A stretch of DNA of 64,000 nucleotides, taken from assembly GCF_009914755.1 (NCBI RefSeq), contig NC_060937.1; one strand, 5' to 3'. This DNA is from the human T2T-CHM13v2.0 reference genome, Homo sapiens. The notes under the pieces are model-generated. The model saw only the letters and a list, made by a program, of their open reading frames with translations, was not told where the DNA came from and did not search any database. The first letter of the stretch is position 1, and each line of letters begins with the position of its first letter. Positions 1 to 12,423 of this stretch are shown here, one piece after another. A program made the translations under genes and the position numbers.

Positions 1-207
1 TTTGTGAGACAGGCCATCTGGGAAGACCTGTAGCCTTCTCCCACTGTGGGAACCTGGCTTATGTATGACGTTATGACATAAGCTTGTGAAATTACAGCTG
101 TCTGTTTGAGAACAATAGGAAGGCAGTTTTGTGTGTCTCAGGTCCAAATTTTAACTCTCCATTTGAAATAGCAAGTTTGGGGTTCCAAGATTCTGTTTTC
201 TTTCACG
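1..207 (-). mobile_element. ERV1 LTR fragment, MER4-group (MER4D-like), 5' end
   Basis: The reverse complement reads GTGAAAGAAAACAGAATCTTGGAACCCCAAAC...AAAACTGCCTTCCTATTGTTCTCAAACAGACAGCTGTAATTTCACA, like the MER4 LTR start. Confidence 0.75.
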
Positions 208-2970
208 GGTAATTGTGAATTCACCATCAATTCTCTAGAAATAAAAGCCTTTTTACACACATTTCAAAATATTTTCTAGGATTCATCTGATCTAAAATTC
301 CTTGCTTGTGTGGCTGCTGACTCTATCAGTTGTACACATGACTTCATGCATTAACTCTCGCCTCCGGCGGATTCTGCTCCTGCCTCGGAGATTTGAGGTA
401 TGTGAAAGTCGGGAAATCACACACACATGGTCTGCTTCAGCAAGGTGGAGAACGATATTAACAGGACACACATTCTCCTTTACTGGCCCACCAATCTCAC
501 TTTATTGGTTTGCTATTGAATTTATTGCTTATAAACCTTGGAGGATGAAAATACCATATAAAATATATATATATATTTTTATAGTTTTACGCTTATTCTA
601 ATGGTTTCTATGTTCTGGGTGTCATTGAGTAGAAACCCGTTCCTTATTTTCCCCTTACAATTCTTATTCATTCTTATGCTAAAGATACTAAAAATCACAT
701 CCAGGTTACTAATTTCCATCTCTATCACCATTCTAATAATTACATATTTTTCTTAATTTTTCTGCATTACGTTTACTTTCATATTTAAAATGCTTGACAT
801 TTTCTGTGTTTTGTGCTACTATTTTCTTTCTATTTAGAGTTTCATCTAGCTTTCTCTCAAAGCATTTGCCATGTTAAATATATGTCATTTCCCAAGTGAC
901 TAAGACTTAAATTCCTCCTTTTAATCTCCCAACCAATGTTAATAAATTATGCTTTAGGGATAAACTTATCTCGTCCCCATTTTAGGGAGTAATCACTCAC
1001 TGATTCCAAGAATATCTGTAGCATTTTAGATCAAATAAAATAATTGGTATGTTCCAAAAGAAGCAGATAAGATAGGGAAAGGATAAATGTCTTAGGCTTT
1101 ATCGTTTTCCAGTAATGGATAATGAAGATTGACTCAGAATATAATAGTTAGATCAGAACAAATTCTTCTTGACTTCCTAACTCTACCTGAAAGTTTTTGT
1201 ACCTCTCAATGTGTATAACAGTATCTGCTGCTATTTACCTCACTGTGCACATTCTGCTCAAAAGCTGCTTTTAATTAATGTTAACTGAAAAGGTAAGCTT
1301 ATAGAATAAATTACTGTGGCCAAAACCCATTACATCTAAGTTATTCCACCAGATCTTTGTGTTTTGACAGGAAAATGACCAAGGTAAATTAATTTTGAAG
1401 TACAAAATGTAATACTATTATTAGAACCAGTTTGAAAATACATATTTTTAAATCTCTACAATTGTTTTTTAAGGAAGGGTTTTTTAAAAATATATTTTTC
1501 AATGATACATATCTGTTTCTATTAAAGGGATACTCTTGTGGAGAGAGTTCAAAATCTAATTCTGACAGCTAAGCAAGCATAACTTACTCCAGAAAAGAGC
1601 AAAGAAGCTCTCAGGCATTTTTAGCAAAATATTTATGCAAGCATTCTCTACCTAGAGTCCTGTTTATATGTATACAATGGTAGCAATGTCTCAAAAATGA
1701 AAAAAAAAAAAAAAAAGAATCTGGAGATTACAATGAAATTCAAAATCCCAAAGGATAGTTACCACTTTTTTCATTAGGAATAGATTCCCAATTATATCAG
1801 CTATCATTTAACCATATAGTTTCTATTTTCTAGTTTAAATAAGCATAAAATCTATTGATACTACATTCATACAAACGACAACACCAGGCAAAACCAGTAT
1901 GAGAAAATTGCTTACAAATATTTTAGCTTTATCTCAGTTAAGAATAGTTAAGTATCTCACTAAACTACAATTAGGTCAGATTATGAAAAGGTAAGATTAT
2001 TTTCACTTTTGAAAATGATTCTAAAACATGAACTTTTAATTTTTCCTAAGGTGTTGTGCGTAAACCAAAGATGCATCACTTAATTTGTATTATCTTCTCT
2101 AATAGAACTAATTAATACATTATGTAATGGTGAGTAAACTCAGTTAAATTTATTTACTTAAGAAAAAAAAATTTTATCCTACTGAAAAAACAGATAACAA
2201 TGTGATTTACTAATAGATTCAACAAATATATAAATGAGATTTCCAAAAGCTAATTTGTAACAGATTTGGAGATGAAAAAAACCTTGGACCTAAACAGACA
2301 ATGCAAAATCAAGAAGCAACAGCACCATGATACATACCATAATCTTTTAACTTACATTATTATTTTTTATTCTTCTGTTATGTTTAAAATCAAAATGTAA
2401 TTTTATAAGTTCAAACTAATTAATTGTCCCAAAATTGTAACATGACAGTCATTTGCCAAAATGTGTGAATTTTACAATTGATAAACTAATGAAATTTTAA
2501 TGCCTTGGAAATTATAATTAAGTTTTGATGAAATATATCAGAGTTGTCCATGATTGTAGAGAAAATAAAGAATACGGACAGAGGAAACAAAAAGATTTAG
2601 TATTATATTTTATTTTTATTTAGCCTATTTTGCAATGAATATGTGAAATGCTTTGTTATTTAACCTCTAAGCATGTGAATACTCCATGACTATTCATTTT
2701 ATAAAATTGCTTTTATGCCATTTTGGAATATACCAAGCAAGTATGAGTACATACATACATATAAAAATGTGCACGTATCAATGGAAAAATATTTTTCATT
2801 TGGGTTCTAAATACTAAGTTTGTGTTATACATGTATGGGTACAAGTGTATGTCTGTATAAGTATTCAGAAATATACATGTGCCCATATACCTATAACACA
2901 ATTTATATGGGAATTCATGCACTGAATTTTATTGGGACTAACTTCACAGTCATTTTTATACTTATTGTAA

Positions 2971-5900
2971 GTTTTTTGTAACAGCCTTATTGAGATATAA
3001 TTCACGAACCACATAATGCAAGCCTTTAATATGTACAATTCAATGGTTTTTAACATTCACAGAAATGTACAACCATCAACACAGTAAATTTTAAAACAGT
3101 TTGACAACTTAAAAAAAAAAAAAACTCTGTACACTTTCTGCTCTCACCCCCTATTCCTCAATTCCTCCAGCCCTATGTGGTGAATAACCTGCAGCTCGTC
3201 TGTTGATATACATTTGCCTATTGTGGTCATTTTATATAAATGGAAACATATAACTTTTGTGATTGGCTTTTAACAATTAGCACAGTGTTTTCAAGGTTCA
3301 TTGATCCTGTAGCACATATCAGTACTTGATTTTTTATGGTCAAATAATATTCCATTTATGGATATACAACATTTTGTTTATCCATTCATCTATTGATGGG
3401 TGTTTATGGCTACCATGAATAATGTTGCTAAAAACATCCATGTACAAGTTTTTTTGAGGACATGCATTTTCATTATTTCTGGATATACACCTATAAGTGA
3501 AAAAGTTGGGTCATATGTTAACTCAATGTTTAATGTGCTCAACCACTTGAGAAACTGCCAGACTCTTTTAAAGTGGCAGAATCACTTTACATTTCCAGCA
3601 GCAGTATATGAGTGTTTTAGTTTATTCACATCCTGACCAACACTTGTTATTATCTGATTTCTCATTAACCTATCCTAGTGTGTGTGAAGTGATATCTCAC
3701 AGTTTTTATTTTCGTTTTCCCCTGACTGATGATACGAGCATCTTTTTGTATGCTTATCAGCTAGTTGTATATATTCCTTGGAGAAATGTCTATTAGGTCC
3801 TCTGCCCATTTCTCAGTTGAATTATTTGTCTTTTTATTATTAAGTTGTATTTGTTCTTTATATATTCTAGATACAAGTTTGTTATTAGATATGTAACACA
3901 CAAACATTTCTTCCCATTCTGTGAATTCTTTTCATTTTTTTGATTGTATCCTTTAAAAGAAAAGTATTTTTATTTTTTACAAAGCTTAACTTATCTATAT
4001 TTCCTGTATTGCTTGTGCTTTTGGTATCATATCTATGAATCCATTACCCAATTCAAGATAGTAAATATATAGCTTCATACTTTCTTCTAAACATAATATT
4101 GTTTTTCTTCTTATATGTAAGGCATTGATCTGTTTTGGATATGCCCTGCAGTAAAAGTCCAGCTTCATTGTTTTGCATGTGGCTATCTTGGTGCCCTTGC
4201 ATTATTTATGAGAAGATTATGCATTCCCTTTTAATCTTATTGATCCTTCTCAGAAATCAGTTGACCATGGAGACATAGATATATTTCAGAATTCTCAATT
4301 CTATTCCATTTACATATATATATATATGTCTTCTCTTATGCCAGTACCATATTAACTTGTTAACTATTGATTTGTAGTAAGTTTCAAATCAAGAAGTGTG
4401 TGTCCTCCACCTATATTCTTTTCTTCAATGTTGTTTTGGCTATTAAGGGCCCCATTCAATTCAATGTAAGTTTTAAAATCTATTTATGAATTTCTAGAAA
4501 AAAAGCAGCTGAAACTCTATTAGGAATATATTGAACTTGTAGGTTAATTTAGGGAGTTTTGTCACCTTGATAGTGTGAAATCTCCAAATCCATGAACATG
4601 GAATGATTTTTTATATTTTTGGATCATAATTAATTAGCTTCAATGAGGTTTTGTAGTTTTCAAAGCATATTTTTTTTTTCTTTTTGGTTAAATTATTTCT
4701 TGAATATTTTATTATTTTATGCTACATAACATGGAATTGTTTTCTTTATTTCCTTTCTGTATTGTTCAATGCAAGTGTATAAAATATAACTACTTTTCGT
4801 GTATTGATCTTGCATCCTGTAACCTTGATCAACACATTTATTAATTTAAACTATTTTAAGTGTATTTCTTAATATTTTATAGGTGTAATGATGCCATTTT
4901 TTAATGTAGATAAATTTGTTTCTTCCCTACCATTCTGGATATTTCTAATTTTTTTTCATGCCATTGCTCTGGTAGAATTCTAGTACAGTGCTAAATAAAA
5001 TGGGCCAAACAGACATCTTGGTTTTGTTTCAAAGCTATATGTAAAGCTACCCATCTTTCAGTGTTAAATAACATATTAGCTTTGAGTTTTTTATAAATAC
5101 TTTTATTAGGTTTAGGAAAGCCTTTTTTATTTCTTGTTGAGTTTGTTTTCATTATAGACAATTTGTATTTGCTAAATGCTTTTTCTTGGTCTATCGATAT
5201 TACCATGCCTCTTTTTAATTGTATTTATATGATGTATTATGTTGAATGACTTTTGGGTGTTAAACCAAACTTGCATTCCTGTGAGAAGTCCAAATTAGTC
5301 TTGTTATATAATTATTTTTTCAATGTTGCTGGATTCAGTTTGTTAGTATTGTGTTGAGGGTTTTTATTTCCATATTTATAGAATATATTGATCTGTAGTC
5401 TCTTTTCTTCTGAGGTATTTTTCTGACATTAATATCAAGTTAATAGTCACACCATAGAAATAGTTGGAAAGGGTTTCTTCTTATTTTTGTAATGGTTTGT
5501 GAAAAATTAAATAAACATTTAATTTTTCAAATGTTTGGTAAAATGTTTCAGCAAATCAATGTTGGTCTGGAATTTTCTTTTTGGGTATTAGAATTATTTT
5601 GACTAATTACTCTATTTATATATTGTGAGTCTATAAAGATTGTTTCTTCTTCAGTCAATTTTGATAATTTTTGTCTTACTAGGAATTTTCCATTTTATCT
5701 GAGTTGTCTAGTCTACTGGCACACAGTTGTTCATAGTATTCCTTTATCTTTACTTATTTTCAAATTTCAGCAAAATTGGCAATATTTTACCCTTTTTTAA
5801 ATTTCTGATTTTAATAGAGTCTTCTTTGTTTCAATTGGTCAATCCAATTAAGGATTTGTCAATTTTCTTAAACTTTTCAAAGGACAGCTTTTTATTTCTT

Positions 5901-6083
5901 TTCATTGTCATTCCATACTTAATTCATTTCTGCTCTTGTATTTATAATTTCTTTTTTCCAGTTCTTTTAAGTTCAATTTGTTTTTCTTTTGTCCCAATGT
6001 CCTAATGGTGAGGTTAAATTATAGATTTGAGATTTGTCTTGTTTTCCTAATATAGACATTTACAGCAATATTTTTTCCTCAAC
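2971..6083 (-). mobile_element. Old L1 (L1MB-like), 3' UTR plus decayed ORF2
   Basis: The L1MB-type 3' end (aacagccttattgagatataattcac...tgtacaattcaatgg) is present. ORF 4991-5206 'MVISIDQEKAFSK' matches the L1 ORF2 RT motif ISIDAEKAFDK. Confidence 0.9.
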
Positions 6084-7856
6084 ACATAGCAGCAGTGCAG
6101 GTCACACTTGACCTATCTCTGTGTGGAACCACAAGTTAGTACAAGGTTAATGAGGATCCTGGCATCAGTATTCCCCGTGGTGTTATGCCAATGAGAGAAC
6201 CTTGTCCTATTGGTGGGGCCAGAAAATAAGTAGAAAGCCCCCGATTCTCAGCCACATATACTCATGATTTAACTTCAGCAACAGAAGTCTGGGGTAGCCC
6301 AAAAAATAATCACAATTATGAATAAGATGTTTCACAGAAATATTACCTCAAAATGATGACAAGAAATCAGTATCACTGAACACACCTTTAGGAATATTGT
6401 AAAGAGGAATTTGTCTTATTTCTAAATTCACCAAACATTTAATTTATAGATGTCCAAAACTCAGCAAAGGAGCTATGAATTGCATACTCTGTCACAGTTT
6501 ACAGAAATGTGTTTTTGGTATAGTTAAAAAAAATTTAAATTAAACATAGTTTTAAAAATAATATTTATATTTAAAATTTATAAAAATATTTTTAATTATA
6601 TAAATATGTGTATATTTAGCATATGCAATTTGACTACACTATGTTATAGCCCTGAGATTATAAGTTTGTAATTGCAACTGTTTTACTTTCTATTCACTTA
6701 ATGGTATTTTTAAAACCTAAATAAGAAGTATATTATAATATCATTAAATTCTTTGTATTCCTATTCATAACATGTAGAAAATAGAGAAAGAAACTTTTTC
6801 TGACAATAGCGAATTACAAAGGTATGTTCGTGGCATCTCCAATATGAATAAGAAATTCCACATTTTCCATATTTCAACATTACATGTACATGATTTGAGG
6901 AAAAATATAATGTACTTTCTAAAGAAATATATGTGCAGGAAACTTTAGCATACATTAAATTTTAATTTTAAGAGATAGACTAAAAATATCAAAGGCAGCC
7001 TGATTTTTCTTAATTTTGAGAAGAGGACCAAACCATGGTTAATATCAAAGCCAAATGAAACTCAATTTTGTTAATAATTTTTATTTGTTTTAACAATTTG
7101 ACTGTTATGCTTATAGTGAGATGTATGTACATTGTATAACATGTAGATTAATCAAAAAGTTCAAATAACATTAGCAAAACATGAGCTATACAGATATCTA
7201 ATGGGAAAGGAGTGGGAGAACACTACTAATATTATTTATATCTTTAATATGTCTATTCCTTCCTTCCCTCTTATTTATTTTTCTTCCCTCCCTAATTTCC
7301 TCTCTTCTTTCCTTTCTTCATTTATTTCTTTCTTCCATTTCTTATTTTCTTCCTATCTGCCCTATCTATTGATATGTGACACATAATACAAATATAGCTT
7401 ATTCACTTAACATTTTATTACCATTTTGCAGAGTCCTGAAATTGGAATGTAGAATTAACACCAAGAAACCTAACTTAATATCAGGAAACAAATCTATAGA
7501 AAACAGAGACAAAATAGGAATTTAGTTCTCTCCTATAACTGAAACAATCTATTTCACTTTTAAGTAAAATTAAGTCCAAATAGTTGGAAAACGAGGGTAT
7601 GTATGTTGGCCGAGATGTCAAAGCACCTAAAAGAGTTACTAAATTATTGGTATTATCTTGCCTTTTTATTTTGTTTTTGAATCATGTGATAAGTATGTAT
7701 AAAGACAAATTTTCAAATCACCAGAACTTTCACAGTTTCATTCATTGAAATGATTCAACACTTATCACAGAGCTGCCTTAATATTTCATATTAATTTATC
7801 AAATGAAAATAACATTTAGATTTAGCAGTATTCTTCACAAATATAATGGTCTCCTT

Positions 7857-7940
7857 ATGATCATGCCACTGCTCTCCAGCCTAAACAACAGAGTGAGACT
7901 TCATCTCTTATAAAAAGGAAAAAAGAAAGAAAAGAAAAAA
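7857..7940 (+). mobile_element. Alu 3'-end fragment (AluJ/FRAM-like)
   Basis: atgatcatgccactgctctccagcct..caacagagtgagac followed by an A-rich tail. Confidence 0.8.
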
Positions 7941-8224
7941 ATAGAATTCTATAAATATGTTGTAATTAATAAATATGCTCATTAAAATAATATACTTGTG
8001 CATTTAAATCAGCATTTGGCAGTACCTGTCTGCATGAAAAGACATTTTCAAAGATAAAATATGTAAAATCTCCTTACACATAAGCATTTGAATTCCATCA
8101 ATTTTGAGTCAATTTTTAATTCCATCAATATAAGTTTTATGGGAAAAGAAAGGACATCTCTGTCTTTGAGATTTCTTTTTATTCCCTATGGAATTTTGAT
8201 GTATATATGTTGATGGTGGGTTAA

Positions 8225-8973
8225 AGAAGCTTGTGTCGTGTGCTTGTATCAAGGAGACAGGATCTATAAACCTCTAGGTACTCTACATTGTACTGTTTTA
8301 CATTGTGATACACTCTAGGCATCCTGGAGTTGAGCAATGTGTTGACTATACTGGTCACAGGGGCAATGGTTCCTATTCTACTGGGTGTTGAACTTCTGCC
8401 TGCATCTGTTATTGATTCTAGAATTTGGAGAACATATGGTCTCTTCTTTGGAGTTGCTTGTACATTATGGTTCTCCACTAATGACTTGGCCACACTTTAT
8501 TCTTTTTTGGCATGTTCTGAACTATGGCTAGGACACAAATTTGTTCCTTGCCAGAACCAACTGCCACAAAGCCCTCAAGTACCTGGTCACTTTCTTCTGC
8601 CTAAATAATCTCTTATATAATCACCCCAGTATGACACTTGCTGATATTTACTATATTTTGTTGGTGTATTGAAGAACTTTGGATCCATTCAATGCTACAC
8701 TGGTGCCAAGACAATTGCAGAGTATTTATACAAGCTTTTTTCTTGCCTCCAAACACAGCTGCCTCAATACTATTTTCCTTCCTGTCCTCACACTATTTAA
8801 TATGCCTCTCTTTGTGGTGTTTGTTTTTGGACCGGCAAAGAACAATTCAAATATCCCCATCTTTCCTACTGTAATCAGCTACCACCAAACTCCTTATGCT
8901 GTGGTGAGAACCCTCATGACTCAAGTTAGTTAGTGAAAGGATGAAAATAAATGCATTTAAGAAAAAAAAAAAA
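8225..8973 (+). other. Orphan retroposed insertion (poly(A) plus TSD); candidate endogenous non-retroviral RNA-virus-like element or processed pseudogene of unrecognised origin
   Basis: A12 tail at 8962-8973. Flanking direct repeat ATGGTGGGTTAA (8213-8224) and ATGATGGGTTAA (8976-8987). More GC-rich than its flanks. One frame over 8391-8933 has only two internal stops. The source is not identified. Confidence 0.6.
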
Positions 8974-9184
8974 CTATGATGGGTTAATATTTTAAACTAC
9001 TATTCCTATTAAATTATATATAACTGTAGCAGCTATATTGATTCTTCAACTTGGGGAAAAAGATGTTTCAAAGGAAATGAAGCAAAACTTAACAAAATCA
9101 ATCACAAAAGCATGGCAGAAATAAAACCTACTAGCTGTCATTGTAAAATTCCTCTTCAATGTGGTTAGAAAGAATATTTCTTAG

Positions 9185-9568
<384 letters not shown>

Positions 9569-9794
9569 AGATTTATAATTTTTAAGTGAATGACATTTTA
9601 TTTTATTCGTGGATAAAAATCATATTACAATAATGTATTTCACATTTTAAAAATTAATATTATAAATAAAGTCATGGGAACAGTGGAGGATCTTTTACAA
9701 CCGCTAGTCCTAAAGGAGAACATTCCTTAGACTGTCCCATTTCCTCTGGTGCCTCGCACTGACCAAATGGAAGCAAGCATGCAAAAAATTGGCA

Positions 9795-10320
9795 TTAAAT
9801 TAAGGCTCTTTAGAAAATACAGCCAATATAATGTATATACACAAAGATAAAGAGATTTATTATAAGGGATTGCTCACATGATTATGGAAGCTGACAAGTC
9901 CCAAGATCTGCAATTGGAAAGCTGAAGACTTAGAAGATGTAGTTCTAGCCCAGTCCAATGAGCACCAGGAGAGACAATGGCACAAATTTGAGTCTGAAAG
10001 CCAGAACACTGGAGACCCAGCAAGTGCTGGTGTTTCCATTTGAGTCCAGAGGCTAGAAAAGGCCCATGTTCCAGCTCATCCATTCAGCAAAAGGAGTTCC
10101 CTGTTGCTCAGAGGAGAGTCAAACATGTTTTATTCTATTCCCACTTTCAATTGATTTGGATGATTAACACCAACATAAAGGAAGACAGTCTGCTTTATTC
10201 AGTCTACCATACATGTTAATCTCAACAAACAGCCTCACAGATGCAACCGTAATAGTGGCCTGACTAAATATCTAGGAAACCTGTGGCCTAATCACATTAA
10301 TACATAAAATGATCACAGCA
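9795..10320 (-). mobile_element. ERVL LTR, MLT2 family (MLT2C/D-like)
   Basis: gagatttattataagggattgctcacatgattatggaagctgacaagtcccaagatctgc is a hallmark of MLT2. Confidence 0.85.
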
Positions 10321-10344
10321 TCAGAAGTGTTATATGCTATCAAG

Positions 10345-10592
10345 CAAGGGTCTCCAACCTTTTTGGCACCGGGGACTAGTTTTGTGGAAGACAGTTTTTC
10401 CACAGAGAAGGCGGATCGTTTCGGGATGAAACTATTCCACCTCAGATCATCAGGCATTAGTTACATTCTCATAAGGAGTGTACAACCTAGATCCCTCGCA
10501 TGCGCAGTTCACAGTAGGATTTGCATTCCTATGAGAATCTAATGGTGCAGTTGATCTGACAGGAGGCAGAACTCAGATGGTAATGCTCTCCG
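10345..10592 (+). mobile_element. MER1 (MER1B-like) hAT-Charlie DNA transposon, 3' truncated
   Basis: ccaacctttttggcaccggggactagttttgtggaagac...gcatgcgcagttcacagtagg. Confidence 0.9.
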
Positions 10593-11423
10593 ATGGCAAT
10601 TTTGCAAAATATAAGCTTTGAGCATTTTTATTACTTTTTTAATTTTATTACTATTAAATTGACAAATCATAATTGCATATATAAGCTTTGAGTGTTTATT
10701 TTTAAAATAAACCAAAAAATATTTCACCAATAGATAGTTTCTAAACTATTCAACTAAATTAGCCAAGAGTAGTTTTGTAAGTCCCACTAAAAGCTAAACT
10801 AATAAAGTAAAGCATATGTATAACACCAGATTGAGAGGATAAGGGAGAGGGTAATAGGCCATAGAATACAGTTTACCTGTAATTCACAATCCCTGAATGA
10901 ACTATTTTGCTCCTGAAAAATGTCCTCTAATTTTAGCACATTGATAGACTTGTTCACCTGAATGTTATCCCCTCCTTTTGTTTCTAGCTGGAATTTTCAT
11001 GGTCAGTTCATGATTTCATAATCACAACTCAAATCTGCAGGTCACAAGATAATCAACTGAATTTGGCATTACTGGATATCCTACATTGCACCATATTTGT
11101 CCCTTATCTATGTGCATGTTTATGAGATGGTCAAGAAATAAAATTATGATTAGTTAGAAAAAGTTTTTTAAACTATAAAATTTCTGTATGTAGGCATGAA
11201 AATACATGCAGGATATAAAAATGAATCTTACAACACAATATATTTTCTCTATATTTCCAAGACTTTATACTTTTAAATCTACTTTTGCTTTATTTTAAGC
11301 AAAATATTTAATCAAATTATTAATGTATAAAATTTCGTAATGTTTAATTCTTTTTTTGTGATGAGAGATATGTTCTATATCTTGACTGCATCAATGCCAA
11401 TGTCTTTTTTTATTATAATTTTT

Positions 11424-11703
11424 AAGTGAAGTAACTCCAGAATGGAAAAATCAAACATCATATGTTCTTACTCATATGTGGGAGCTAAGCTATGAGGACA
11501 CAGGGCATAAGAATGATACATTGAACTTTGAGGGCTCAGGGGAAAGAGTCGGGTGGCAAGGGATAAAAGACTACACACTGAGTACAGTGTACGCTGCTCG
11601 GGTGATGGATACACCAAATCTCACAAATCACCACTAAAGAACTTATGTAAACACCACCACCTGATCCTCAAAAACTTACTGAAATAAAAACAAAAAATAA
11701 AAA
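11424..11703 (+). mobile_element. L1PB-type 3' end
   Basis: gggagctaagctatgagga...gtacagtgtacgctgctcgggtgatgg...accactaaagaactt...aataaaa tail. Confidence 0.9.
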
Positions 11704-12423
11704 TGAATTAATTCTTAACATTAGTAATTGTCATTATTTATTTATATTCAAAATCAGGCAACAGAAATATGTTTGCACTTAATGCTCAATCATGAACAGC
11801 CACAGGGAAAAAAGAGAAGGTAAAAAATCCATTTAAGAAATTCTTATTGTAATTTCTATCATAGGTCTTCTCAATGGTACACATAAAGTATGTCTGGGTC
11901 AAGCAATGACAGCTTAATGCCTCTAAAAGTGATACACTGATAGCTCCCTAGAGAATATTTTTATAATAGATGTATTATTATATTTTATACCATAAAATTA
12001 AGTATATGTAAAAGATATTTGTATGAAAAATAAACAGAATAGAACCTATGAGATGAGAATTATAAGAAGTAAAAAAAATGAGCTATTTATAATATTAGCA
12101 AGGGATCCAATGCCTTAGCTCAACTAGAATATAAACTAAGATGTTATTGCATTTGTTAAAATACTTTCTATGTTGATACACTCTTCTATTATATTCTAAA
12201 TCATTAAAAATGCTTTGAATAAAGGTTTAAATAAAAATATCATTAAAGTAAAAATAATATTCATTCTGTTTTTATAACAGCATTATACCCAATTTTTGGA
12301 ATTCTTCATTTCAAATTATTGTCATTATTTAGTATATTCTGCACATTACTTTCATCCAGTTCCCTTTATGTGTGTAAACATGTGTGTCTGTGTGTTTTTG
12401 TATGTAGAGCAAGAGAAAGAGAG

